A DNA stretch of 61,664 nucleotides, filler included, from Choristocarpus tenellus KU-1152 (Eukaryota > Protista > Phaeophyceae): assembly GCA_964200185.2 (NCBI GenBank). It is 9 parts of 9 records of this genome, joined end to end, with 100 filler letters (N's around TTAATTAATTAA, not from the genome) between each part and the next. Parts side by side here need not be neighbours in the genome. Positions count along the whole stretch, not along the records: positions 10,817 to 13,356 come from CAXNAD020026931.1; positions 13,457 to 17,261 come from CAXNAD020017826.1; positions 17,362 to 31,522 come from CAXNAD020001266.1; 6 more parts are not named here. One strand, 5' to 3'. This document shows, one piece after another, positions 12,421 through 24,800 of the stretch (position 1 is its first letter; the number at the start of each line of letters is the position of its first letter). Both the position numbers and the translations under genes were made by a program. The notes under the pieces were generated by a model. The model was given only the letters and a program-made list of their open reading frames with translations. It searched no databases and had not been told where the DNA came from.

Positions 12421-13251
12421 AATGTTGTGTGGGTTGATTCTTAAGGACCATGTACCGGCATGGTGGCACCCTTCCTCCATAGCGTCTTGTCCTCTTTTCC
12501 CATCCATCTGAACATCGTTTCACACATTCCCCCCTTGTGTTATTATGCTCCTACTCTTTCCTTCTTGCAGAGGAGTATCTAGTACACAATAATATTCCGA
12601 GGTATTCCCATAGCTTTTGGTCGTCTTCATCTTCTTCTGTTTCCCATGGTGCAGACAGTTTCCGCTGCTGCCTAATGACTGGTTGGACATATTAACAGTT
12701 ACAAATAATGGGCACAACAAGAGGTAACTAGCTTCTGTTACCATACCTCGTTCTGCAGTCCCACCTCGTGCTTTCTTGTACACATCTACCTATTAACATT
12801 ATGTTCCTCTCCCATCCCTGGTACAGCTATGACACCCCCCACATTTCATTGAAAATAATAATTGGTACTACTCCTTGTTGTGTATCCTCTGCGACACTGT
12901 CTCTCTCATCCTTGAATACCTCGTAACGTAAGTACATTATCATGGTGTAGAATGTAGTACTATCTATGTGCGTCACATACAAACATAGCAGTACTGCACA
13001 TTGCGTATTACGTAAGACAAAAATCTTTTCCTTCGTTGCGATTTCTTTGTGGTGGTACCTAGGTGACACGTAGACCGCAATTCATCGCTTGATTCTAACG
13101 CACAACCAACGTATCACACAACTTGGAAAACAACAATAATTATTATTAGTTCATACTACTATCAATAGTAAAAAAAGTGCGTATAGTAGCATTACCGCCA
13201 CTACCGCTATACTGTTTTTATTAGCCGTAGTAGTAGTGGTAGTAAAGTAGT

Positions 13252-13300
13252 GGGTCAAAGTATCTGGGGGGGGGGGGGGGGGGGAAAGTGGGGGGGGAGC
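13252..13300. mobile_element. MITE family B end, broken at poly-G
   Basis: GGGTCAAAGTATCT followed by a long G-run before the linker. Confidence 0.7.
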
Positions 13301-13356
13301 AGGTGTTAATATAAAAACTCTTTTTTTTTGATATGATTACAAAAAAACAGGATCAG

Positions 13357-13456
13357 NNNNNNNNNNNNNNNNNNNNNNNNNNNNNNNNNNNNNNNNNNNN
13401 TTAATTAATTAANNNNNNNNNNNNNNNNNNNNNNNNNNNNNNNNNNNNNNNNNNNN
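13357..13456. other. Artificial contig linker
   Basis: N44-TTAATTAATTAA-N44. Confidence 0.97.
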
Positions 13457-13984
13457 GTGTTTGAAGGCATCTTGCAGAGGTTTCACGCGGCATAAGGCAT
13501 GGCTTCCACTTTGTTTCCCTACCAGCAACGTACTATACTGCTGTATGGCAGCATGACTCAGGAAGAAAGGCACTTTTCGCGAGAAATTTTTTCGCGCGCG
13601 CCAAACTCGCGTGAATATCTCTGGGAGTTTATGCCAAGTCGCCCGAATACGAGAATTCCGGTACAAAAGCCTATTTTTCTGAGCATGTCGAAAAAAGCGG
13701 TAAAAAAATTGCATGTTTTTCGATTTGGTACATAATAATTAGCATAAAATCGGAGTAGGTACTGAACTCACACGTGGATATGTGGTTACCATATCATATC
13801 GAACAAGACTATCGAAAGTAGAATTTTCCCTTTTTTGAGGACATCGTATACCACAATACATTGTAGACCTATGCATCAATTGATCCATTGTACGTCGTCT
13901 TGGTAGAGAGGGGTACCGCTTTAAGGCTTGCTTTATTTGATAATGCATGCCTAAATAAGGTATGTATAATATTCAATTATTTTT

Positions 13985-14425
13985 CCCGCTGACATTTTTG
14001 GAGATTTGTCGGGGGAAAAACCAATGAGAACTATTCACATGTCAGAAAAATCCCTAAAAAAGTAATAGTTGTCATAAATGTGAAAAACATTGATCTATTT
14101 GCAATTTTACTACCACCTATCTTTGCCGTACCACTACCTTGCTGTGTCTCCAACCTAGCTATTCCTGCATCCCAGGGTAAGGAACTACGGAAGGTATGTA
14201 TATCAATAAGCCTTTCCTTTTCACGGTAACTACTAGGTCCTCACTCTCGGATGTAGGACTAACCTAGCTAGATTGGAGGCGCAGCATAGATAGCTGGTAG
14301 TAAAATAGTAAATAGACGGATGTCTTTCACATTTACGACAGCTGTTACTTTTTTAGGGGTTTTTCTGACGTGCGATAAGTTTATATCGGTTTTTCCCCTG
14401 ACACGTCAGCAAAATATCAGAGGAC
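13985..14425 (+). mobile_element. Family F foldback element (~440 bp, ~140-bp imperfect TIRs)
   Basis: 13985-14125 is the reverse complement of ~14285-14425; exact termini and TSD unresolved. Confidence 0.65.
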
Positions 14426-15019
14426 TTAATAATAAAATAACTACATTCTAGATTTTCTGGTATACAATGAAATACATATTTTGAATACTGGGTGTGACAT
14501 GCCATAGCATAGATAAGACATACCAAACAAAGCAAGGAGAGTGAGAACCCGGTTTGTGGATATGCAGACACCCAACCAGTGCCCTTTACATAAAACAAAG
14601 GTAGAACATGGTTGGCCAACATTCCACTCAAATTGGATACATCATCTCTAGAGGGGTCACAATATCAGACACCCATACAAAACGCTCAAGAGAGAGGGGG
14701 GAAGAGTTGAAGGTTGAAGTAGAGAGATTAAGTGTTATCGGTTTTGAATTATAGAAGGATGTCAGGTTCTACATAGATTGAGGAACGCACCTCAGCATAG
14801 TACGTCCATGCGAAATAGTGCCCTTCCTTTGCAATACACATCCTACCTAATTTGACCATGCGGTGTGCAGCAAATTAAGGCTGGTCTCATTTCTGCCATC
14901 CCACCTGCATCACCATACTTCACTGGGCATAAATGTTGGTGTCCACAGTTTCTTCACCGAGATTGTTCCTTGACTGATAGTTGTTGTGATATGTTGTTCC
15001 TGTTCTCTCTACCAACAAC

Positions 15020-15277
15020 GAGTCAAAGCAAGCGATAGGTACCCAGAGTTGAATTTTAAGGATGTCGGTACATATGTGCAAATTCGACTATTTTTACAAA
15101 CGTGTGTAGGTTATTTTCCGAAGTAGGTCGAAGTCTTTCAAACAATAGAGAAATAAACCTTCTCAAGTCAAACTTACTACTTCATCCATAGAAATATCGG
15201 TGAATTGTAAAAGATTGAAAAACTGGCTTAAAATGCAAAACGACCAAAAAATTTGTACCTCTCGTTTACTTTGACTC
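15020..15277 (+). mobile_element. MITE family E
   Basis: TIRs GAGTCAAAGCAAGCGATAGGTAC / GTACCTCTCGTTTACTTTGACTC. Confidence 0.85.
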
Positions 15278-15363
15278 AATCTAACTTAACATATATACCC
15301 GTCACACATAAATCTACACCTACACAACATCCTATCTGATTAAAAAATAGAATAAGCCTTATA

Positions 15364-15624
15364 GAGCCAAACCAATTGAGAGTTGGGAAGGTTTGGACCC
15401 TGTTGCATTCTAAGCCACCTTTCTTACCCTGTGCAACCCACTCTATTTCATTGCTTTATGTGCGCAATAGTGAAAGCAAAATTTACATTCCCCCTTTATA
15501 CACACAAAGTGACACCACAATTCAGCAAAGGCATTTTCTGCAATTTGCGAAATGGAGTCTTCTTCTTGCCCTTTCTCAGGATCCTTGAAATGCAACCTTG
15601 CCTACCTCTCAATTGTTTTTGCTC
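15364..15624 (+). mobile_element. MITE family D
   Basis: TIRs GAGCCAAACCAATTGAGAG / CTCTCAATTGTTTTTGCTC. Confidence 0.85.
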
Positions 15625-16865
15625 ACACATGTCGATCGCACTTGTTTAAATAAAAAAATACTAGTACTACATACTACTAATGCTTTTTTGATCCGTTCAG
15701 GCATCTTTTGAAGGAGTCCACTCCACCAGTACATGTTAGCCTCGAAATGGTGTCATGTGCCTTCATGTCGATGGTTTTCCAATGAAAAGGCACGTCAGTC
15801 AATAGTTGTATTATTTTTTGCCTTAATTACAACCAATCCTCGAACTTCATCAAGAATATTACCCCCAGAACCGCATGTAGTAGCAAACATCGAATAAGAT
15901 TTCCACCATCCCTCCTTGCGGGTCAGCTCGAGGCACTGCCTCTCCCTGACATTTAAAAGAGCGAAAATAATACATCGTAAAGAAATATCGGATGAATGAT
16001 ATTCCACAGATTATGATTATATATTTTTGCCTATACTTATAGTGGTATTTTGTGAGAGCCATATTCCACAGAAGGTAAACCCTGAAGGTGACCTATTTTA
16101 AACATCATGATATTCATGTTACTTTCGTTGTTTTTGCATGTTGAAGGTAACATCTACTTGAGGTAAGATTGGGTGATTTGGAGTGCCCTCCAAATTCCCC
16201 TTCTTTCAGTCTTTCTGCCTGTTGACTCTTTTCCAGAGTTAACTTCTGAGGGATTGCTCTCCCTTTTTGACTTGTCTCTCTTTGATCTGTCCTCCTGTGG
16301 GTCTTCCCGCTTCCCTTCATTATTATGAAGAACCTGTCGGCTTTTTCCACCTGTTTCACAATTTAGCACATCTCATTCTGGAAGAAAAAATATTTTCTTT
16401 TAATGTAAACCAATAAAATAAACTCAACATTATTTATTTCGTACAAAAAAAGAGCTTCGAACACACGAACATACAATTTTTTTCGCAATATTATTGTTAC
16501 TTTCTTACTACGAGTATTATCTTCACTTAAATATGTGGACTATTCCAACTCTGTGTCAGAAGTAGAGACACCACAGTACTAAGCCTTCTGATATGATCTA
16601 CTAACTGTTGCACTACCGCTATTTTTGAGCTACTACTGTCTTTGTTTTGACCCTTGCTTCTCAGGCGTTGCGTTCAGTCATCCCACCATTCTTCACTCCA
16701 CCTCCTTCCTCCTCAGATCTTGTGCTGGATCTGGCTCGGCAGTGCTACGCGTTGAAGCCTTGCCATCTTGTGCTTGTCCAGAATTGTTGTGGTATGACTT
16801 AGTGATAGACAAGATAGTACAGGTAGGTGTACAATCCATAGTGCTTGCCACATGGACTTGGGATA

Positions 16866-16965
16866 TCAAAACCAAATTTCTGTGAAAAGAAATCTGGTGT
16901 CGATGAGATTCAAACCGCAAAGTACATCCTGGGAAATAGCCTCCTTATCCACTGAGCCACAAGCC
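16866..16965 (-). mobile_element. tRNA-derived SINE-like head (family S1)
   Basis: Minus strand reads GGCTTGTGGCTCAGTGGATAAGG (A box) ... GGTTTGAATCTC (B box, CpG-decayed); paralog at 4914. Confidence 0.55.
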
Positions 16966-17072
16966 TAGAGATGGTTGCCCCACATCCCGCATGGAACTGG
17001 GCGTGCAATTTCTAAGGGATAATCCCTCATTACTTTTCACACAAAGGAAGCAAAGAAAGGGAGAGAAATAAA

Positions 17073-17250
17073 GGCTCAAAGTATCTGAGGGGGGGTGGCG
17101 GCTGTCCATTTGGGGACAATTTTTTATGTCGCGATTTTTGGGTGATTTGGTTGCATACATCAGATGGATAATGTAAATGCACTTTTCCTGATTTCGACCC
17201 GAATGGACACCATAGTGTAGAAACCCCCCCCCCCCCCCCCCCGCCCCCCA
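17073..17250 (+). mobile_element. MITE family B, right TIR lost in poly-C at contig end
   Basis: GGCTCAAAGTATCTGAGGGGGG plus the full B body. Confidence 0.85.
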
Positions 17251-17261
17251 CCCTATTTTCA

Positions 17262-17361
17262 NNNNNNNNNNNNNNNNNNNNNNNNNNNNNNNNNNNNNNN
17301 NNNNNTTAATTAATTAANNNNNNNNNNNNNNNNNNNNNNNNNNNNNNNNNNNNNNNNNNNN
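17262..17361. other. Artificial contig linker
   Basis: N44-TTAATTAATTAA-N44. Confidence 0.97.
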
Positions 17362-17630
17362 CTGCCTCGGGAAAGCAGGAAGAGAGCGGTGAGTTCATCA
17401 CCAGGTGGTACAGTGACGAAGTCTGTGGGGAAGCCTGGTCATGGCGGGAGAAGGGAGAATCGGGATGGCGGGCCCAAGGGGAGATTGGGGAAGAGAGCAG
17501 TGCAACTGCGTGCCATTGCGCTCAGGAAACGCCTAAGCAAAAACCCAGGTGTAGAATTAAGTTGCATTCCGAATCTTACTCTATATCTTCTATGAAATCA
17601 TCATTTACTCTGTAAGGCTACCTATGTGTT

Positions 17631-17824
17631 GACCCAAAGTATCTGGGGGGAGGGGCGGGGGGGGGGGGGGGCTACACCAGGGGTATCCATTTGGACCAAA
17701 ATCAGGAAAAGTGTATTTACATTATTATCCATTTGACGTATGCAACTAAATAACCCAAAAATCGCGACTTGAAAATTTTGACCCCAAATGGTCAGCCGCC
17801 ACCCCCCCCCAGATACTTTGAGCC
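17631..17824 (-). mobile_element. MITE family B, 3-bp TSD GTT
   Basis: GTT|GACCCAAAGTATCTGGGGG ... CCCCCAGATACTTTGAGCC|GTT. Confidence 0.9.
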
Positions 17825-18197
17825 GTTACTAATATCGTAAAAGGTGCATTTTACGCTCCATTTAAAAAAAAGAAAACGAAAGAGTTAAATGGATAGACTA
17901 CTTGCTGCTGTACATAGATGTGAGTTCCACATGGTGTCTTCTTTGAGATAACACCATCGAAGAGTAGGGCAAAAATCCTCTACTCCCACGTTACACCTTC
18001 AATCCTCAGGCAGTTTACTTGACCGAGTGAGGTCATACTTCGACGTAGCAAAATAGTAGATGGATCAACCCTCCCTTCTCATAGAAGCCATAATATGCAT
18101 GAAAGCCTCAGAATATTATACAATAAGTCATCCATCACCACCATCTTGGAATCTGGGCAGACATCGTGTGGATGATGGAGTACATAGACTGCTTTGA

Positions 18198-18467
18198 GGA
18201 CCATAGTATCCTAGAGGGGGGGGGGTTTAGACCGGGCGATCCATTTGGGGCTTGATGAGGTGTTGTAAAACATCCCAGTTGATGCCTATTTTGCGGATGA
18301 ATCTCCTTCAGATTCGGTCCAGGCAGCTGGATGGAGAAGGAAGGTACTATTAGATGGAAGAAATTGCCATTATACCTGACGTGTTCGCTCGTATGACACG
18401 ACAATCGCTACAGGGTCACACAGGACCCAAATGGACGCCTGATCCCCCCTTTAGGATACTATTGGCG
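18198..18467 (+). mobile_element. MITE family C, TSD TTGA
   Basis: TTGA|GGACCATAGTATCCTAGAGGGGG ... CCCCCTTTAGGATACTATTGGCG|TTGA; paralogs at 37630 and 46194. Confidence 0.85.
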
Positions 18468-19109
18468 TTGAGGTCGTGCAAGAAGAGCTCCCTCATAACT
18501 CCGTAGACAAAGCCCAGCAGTAAAAGTGCAGTGCTCCCTTGTGAGAACGGACAGATTCCAAACCGGTCAATGTAAGACTTCTTTTCTGGGAACATCTCGT
18601 ATAATACTATAGATGAATTGGACTCCACAACGTAAGCTCTGTAGAACTACTACTATAACTAATTTGTTCATCACTCTACGGGAAAGTTGAAACAAGATGA
18701 TACGGCTCCTTCATTGCGGAGCGACACCAAGGTGAATACTGTACTTACAGGAGGTTCTAGAGAGGAGGCTGACAAACAAGCGATGGGATTGCTAAACCCA
18801 CACTAGAGAACCAAGGAATAACGAAGGCAGTCAGTGCAATTTCTTTTAGTGCAACAGGAGTTGGTCAGCGTATGAGGATTAGTACAGTACGTAGAGCCTC
18901 TGACATGCGATGCCTCTGGCCTCTGACCATGAGTCAGGGTAGTCCGCAGGCTAATAAAGTGAAGATGAAAATAGTCAATGTAATGACCTTAACCGAGGGT
19001 AGGCGTGTGTGTTCTGTAACCATACCCTTCAACACCCTCTTCTTCTTCATCACTATATGCAATACCAAAATATGCATACTTCTATGTACTACAATTCAAA
19101 GTATCATTA

Positions 19110-19443
19110 GCATTATTATTGTTGTCATTGCTGCTGCTGTTGTTGTAGTTTTCTCAAGTTATTGTGAGACTAGGAACCACTGCCTCTACCCTACCTGGCC
19201 CCAACTCATCGTCAGAGGTACTACACCCAGCACAACTTCTCATTGTAAACTATGAAATAACTTCCTCTTTGTGGTTTAGAGACAAACAGACAGGAGGGTA
19301 CATGTGTATCTTTCCATTGTGGTTGCCATAAAACTCATCAAAACCTGAAATCATATTTTCTCAAAGGAGAAACCCTACCTCAGACAGGTTCAAACCCCAG
19401 GATCCTGCTCACGAAATCCTAAAAACTATCCCTGAGCTACAAC
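19110..19443 (-). mobile_element. Putative tRNA-derived SINE (family S2)
   Basis: Minus-strand head GTTGTAGCTCAGGGATAG (A box) ... GGTTTGAACC (B box), ~250-bp body, then a CAA/CAG/AAT simple-repeat tail; single copy here. Confidence 0.45.
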
Positions 19444-20258
19444 AATACACCTAGTGCCCAAGGAATTCAAACTCTAACACTTGAGTGGCGCCTGTGAGGG
19501 ATGCTCTTTTTATGTGGTGACAATGTGTACATTGTTTCTTAAGACCGAAGGAAGCTAAGGGAACGTTGACTGGCTACTACCTTTCAAGATTTGAGAGTGT
19601 GAGAATTTGATCATCATTTTCGCCTTTCACGCTAATGCGAGGAATAATGATAAAATGTTAAAGTATTATGTTCATACTCTGGAGTAAACTGGAGTGAAAT
19701 ATGTTAAGGAAGTTTTGATTTAAAAACTAAAAGTGAGTAGGTTACAAATTTGAGCGACTGTAGTTCTATAGAGTAACACAAAAACGAATACAAAACGAAA
19801 AACCCTCTACTTCTAACACTTTCCTTCGATCCTTTGACCAATAGGTGGGGTGGCCCTCCCTTGCCATGGAAGCAACGTGTATGGAGTGAGGACCTGAGGT
19901 AGGATAAAATTCTGTAGAGGTCGAAGTTGAAGGATCGGTTTTTGATTTTGGGATCAGATATGGATCTCAGGTCTATATGGACTAAGGAACGTACCCCCTT
20001 ACACTACCTGTAGTGTGATGTAGTAATTCTTTGTATATTTACAGGGTTGAGTGTTTGGGAAATGAGGTCGAAGTTGTTGTTAGATATACCATTTGGTGGA
20101 GTGAAAGTAGATTGCATTGTCGAAGTTGTATTGCGATCTTGATCCTGGCATGTGTTGTTGACGCAGGGTTGTTGAATTGATTGTCTTCAGTACTTGTAGA
20201 AGGTGCAGGTTGATTGCACTGCTCGGGAAACAACAGTACAGAAGTCTAACAATCGACA

Positions 20259-20436
20259 GAACTAAAATATCTGAGGGGGGGAGGTTCTATACCAGGGTGT
20301 CCATTTGGGTTATAACCAGGAAAAGTGCACTTACATTATCCATCCGACATATGCAACCAAATCACCCAAAAATCGTGACATCAAAAAATTGGTTCCGAAT
20401 GGAAAGCTTCCACCCCCCCCCCAGATACTTTGACCC
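20259..20436 (-). mobile_element. MITE family B, 3-bp TSD ACA
   Basis: ACA|GAACTAAAATATCTGAGGGGGG ... CCCCCAGATACTTTGACCC|ACA. Confidence 0.9.
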
Positions 20437-20835
20437 ACACAAGGATCACTTGTCCACCTAATGATGTGTGAGTAGGAGAGACCTTGGTCTTGAGTTAAGC
20501 TGTTGCCAAGGGTAGGGAAGAATGCTGATATGAAGCAAAACTTCTCTCGCAACCACCAAAACTGCTAATTGCACCATTTTTTTTTACTGACAATGGTGTC
20601 TATTATGACTCTAGGCTACTATGTTGATACTGAATATGTACCGACAATTTTGGACGCTCCAGCAAAGTTATGTTCGATGTGGAGACGTGATTTTCCGTCA
20701 GGTGGGGGGAGTATTTTTTGTGGATGAACACTGCTCCCTCACTGGCAAATTAATATGTTTTCTACCGTGAATATATGCATTTTTGCTAAATTGATAAGCA
20801 ATCATATAAGAAGCCCTACTAGTCAGGCGCTACCT

Positions 20836-21100
20836 GAGCCAAACCATTTGAGAGGTAGACAATTTTGGACCCTTTTGCATTCTAAGCAACCTTTCTTACC
20901 CTGTACAATACACTCTACTTCATTTGCTGTATGTATGTGCACAATAGTGAACGCAAAATTGATATTTTCCTTTTCCACAGAACAAAGTTGCACCACAATC
21001 CAACGTTGGCTCTTTATGCAAATGTACTAGATGACATCATTTTGTCTTTTCTCACGATCCTTAAAATGCAATCCTGCCTACCTCTCAGACGGTTTGACTC
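20836..21100 (+). mobile_element. MITE family D, TSD ACCT
   Basis: ACCT|GAGCCAAACCATTTGAGAGGTAG ... CTACCTCTCAGACGGTTTGACTC|ACCT. Confidence 0.9.
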
Positions 21101-21878
21101 ACCTGTTACTCTTTCTACCATGATATTATGGTATGTAAAATACTATAAAATGAGTTATTGATGATTGGTCAAATGCAGATCTAGTCACACCTGAAGACCT
21201 TGCTAAAAAAATCAGGGGTTGTGATAATGAATCAGATAACTATGATGGAATGCATCCTGACACAATTACATGCGAAGAACAGAGAGCCAGTTCCCAATAA
21301 TCAAGATATGTGCGCGCAATACCTTTGTGTGTGCACGCGGATGTGTATTTGGACTAAGATCAGCTCCCAAAGGGATCTGTCTGTCACAGATGCAAATAAT
21401 GAAGAGATCTCTAATAGTGAAATATCTAAGGATTTTATCGCTTCTATTATTAATAGAATATAGTTAGAACAGTTTTGGAACATTTTCGAAATAAACTGTT
21501 GGTGAGTATTTAGGAATGAAGGCGTTCGATTCCATCAATGTTGAATAATACAAAATACAAGCGAATACAAAACAAGAACTTGTTTACTTCCAAGACATCG
21601 CTTCAATCACTGACAATAAACAAGATTGACATTATACGAAGTGGGTGGAGATAGGTAGCCTTTCCTTCTGATGAAAGCGATGTGTATGGAGTGAGGTTGG
21701 GAGGTACCATATAATTTCGTGTTATGATACGCTAATAATTGTTACGTTTCGTAAATGTTCCGTTTCGGATTTCTCAACCAAGACTTGGTTGTTGAGTATG
21801 TGGTTGTGCACGGACTTCATCCGAAATGCGTTCCACTTATTAAAAGTGGAAAGTGAATAGTAACCCCTTCTCCTCGGC

Positions 21879-24800
21879 ATGGAGCAGGGAACTGTTGACT
21901 TCAATCCAATACTGCCAGATGACGCTTCTCATCGTGAAACATCGTTCGATGACCTCACCCAGACGATGTCAGACATACAACCTGGTCATGGTCGAAAAGC
22001 CTCTTTCAACGACATTGTCATGATGGTGACGCGGCGAAGGAGGTATGTTTGGGCCGCAGAGTGTAGCACTACCCTGTCTTGTAATGTCTCTTGAATGAAA
22101 AAATGCGATATGAGTCCAACACTTTCCATTGCTACTCGTCTTTGCGGGGTAATATTGTTCTGAACACCACACACCATTCCATCATTCGACCACCGTATCC
22201 TGCAACGCAATCTACCCCCTTCAAACAGTTCTAATGAAGAGATGCCAATATCGCCACATCTATTGGAAGACCTCAACGCTTCACGCATCGAGAAGATACT
22301 TGACTCTGATTCATCTAGCGACGATGGTGAAGCGATCGGCACTAACAACTGGACAGGAGAAACAACAAGAGGTAATCGTCCAACCAACTCTGATGGGGAA
22401 AACAAAGGGGTCGAAGGAGAAGCAGGAGTAAGGAGTTTGGAAGAGAAGTACCCAGGTGATGTGAACGATTTACGGGCTCTATTGAAAGACAAAGATGGTG
22501 ATCTCAAGACGGCTGGAATCATTGGGCAACGTCTGCTGGACATGCAAGAATGGCACATCAAGGAGCTTGAGGTACGAAAACAATCTTCAGGACTCACAAT
22601 ATGGACGGAGCTTGCACATCTAAAACCTTTGCACAAAATGACTTGAATAAATATTACGGCGATTTGGCATTAGCTGATTTGGCTGTGTGATGCTTGTCAC
22701 TTCCAAGTGTGAAAAATGTGGTGTCATTTTCCAAGTGTGAAAAATGTGGTGTGTCATTTAACTTCTTGCTCTGAGACCTCCACTACAAGATGGACATCGC
22801 TTGTGTTGTCAGTTCGTTTCCTTCGTACACAGCTGTAGGGTGAAACCTGGTGCTGGGTCGTTGTAGGTGTAAGAAAAAATCACGTCCCAAGTTGTTATAT
22901 ATGGCAGAAATGCCAGGAAGACAGGTGGCAAATGGAAGGAGAACTGCAAGAGGTTCGAAATAAACTGGAGATCACCACTGTACGCTGCACACAACTTGAG
23001 GATGAGAACCTTCGTCTAGAGCAGAAGGAGCACAACATAAATGCTGGAAGTGAGTCATGACTTTCTCGAAATCGATCTGCTATGGGTGTCACTTGGAGGA
23101 AGTTAATACACAACTATTTGTAGTCATCCTATTATGGCAGCAATGAATTGCACTTATGTTTATTGCCAATACCAGGGCGTTGGTCATTGAGAAATGATCA
23201 AATAGCTTGTTTGCTGATTATGTTTGTCTCCAATGCATTTGTAGGGGTCATGATTAGGGAAATGCTGTGAGTTGGTGTGCCATTTTTTACCCTAATGGGC
23301 CAGCTGCAAGAAGTGATAAGATCGGACAAAGTCGCCCTCCTCACTACGTCAACGATAGTTTTTCTATGTATCACACACAGCACAGAATATTGTGTAGCTC
23401 CTTCAAACATGGTAGAGAGGCAACGTAAACAAGGGATACCCAGGTCTTGGCCGATTTTCCTTTAAGTCTGTTCTTCATCTATGTCATTGAACTATATTTC
23501 TATGGATGAAGTTCTAAGTTTGACTTGAGTGTGTCTATTTTTCTATTGTTAAAAATTCTCCAACACAATTAAGAAAATATCCAATATTTATTCATAAAAA
23601 AGCCAAGCTTTGCACACATTTGCCAGCACCCTTGCCAGCACCCTAAAAGTACAATTCTGGGTACCTCACTTACTTTGACTGAGAGTTCAAAGTTGTTACA
23701 CAGCAACATGATGTTCTACAGCTAAAGGGAGTGCTGGATCACTAGGCTGTACATTTATATAATATGTAGCATACACATGCTTCAGAGTGCGGCACGTGTC
23801 CTTAACTATAGTCGGTAATTTTTACTGGGTTCAACAAATATCCAATTACTAGACAGACTCTTCTAGCTCAAGAGGCCTCTTAGTTTACATACAAACATGT
23901 CCAGTGGCTTATCCAATCTTACACGCATCCCTTCATTTCCTAATATTACCCTGAAGATTATTCCATAACTTTTCAAAATGTACAGAGTTCCGATTGTGAT
24001 AGGACTGTGTTGGAACATAAATAATGAAGTGTGTACTAACACAGGGCAATGCTCGCTGTAGGGCTTTACATAGATGTGTGAATAAGGAAAAGGACTATGG
24101 TAACACCAGTACATCCCCAGACAAGTGTACAGGCTGTACCCTTCTATCATGTGTAATACTTTATTTTGCGATTGAACCCTTCCCATATGCATCATGCACC
24201 AATACTATGTAACTGTTGGTGCCTCGCAATCTCTTAGCCATCAAGAGAAAGAACCTAACTATAACCACAATGTCATTTGGCCCACAAGTGTTGTTAGTAC
24301 CTTCCATTGTACAATACTCCACCTTCCTCTGCTGATCATGGTTATTAGACTCCATTCTGGTACATATGACGGGCCCCTGTTTTTGTTGCTGTATCAAAGA
24401 TACAAAATACCATAGGTGACCAAATTGGGCTAGGGGCTCAAGCAACACTCCCATGTGTTTGACAAACTAAGGGAGCCAAAGTATCTTAGAGGGTAGGGCC
24501 ACGTCCATTTGGGGGCCAAAATCCAATGTTGCAATTCTGATATATTTGACTATTGTGTTTGTTAGGAAGTGTCAATATCCTTGTTCCGGAAACACCTTTT
24601 AATAAAGTACACATTTTACCTACTCTGAAACATTTTGGAGTAGGAAAATGTAATAGAAAAACTCATGGAAAGCCAAGCCCCGAAAGGACAAACAGGGCAA
24701 AACTCGTACCCTCTAAGATACTATAAATCTATTTATAACTGACCTCTCACTTATAGAAGTACTCTGAGTATATATCTTACAGTGTATGGTCTTCTACACT

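Noticed and set aside
16890-16965. Functional tRNA gene (also 4914 and 19443)
   Set aside because: A/B boxes are present but there is no convincing acceptor or anticodon stem, and the B box is mutated; kept as SINE-like.
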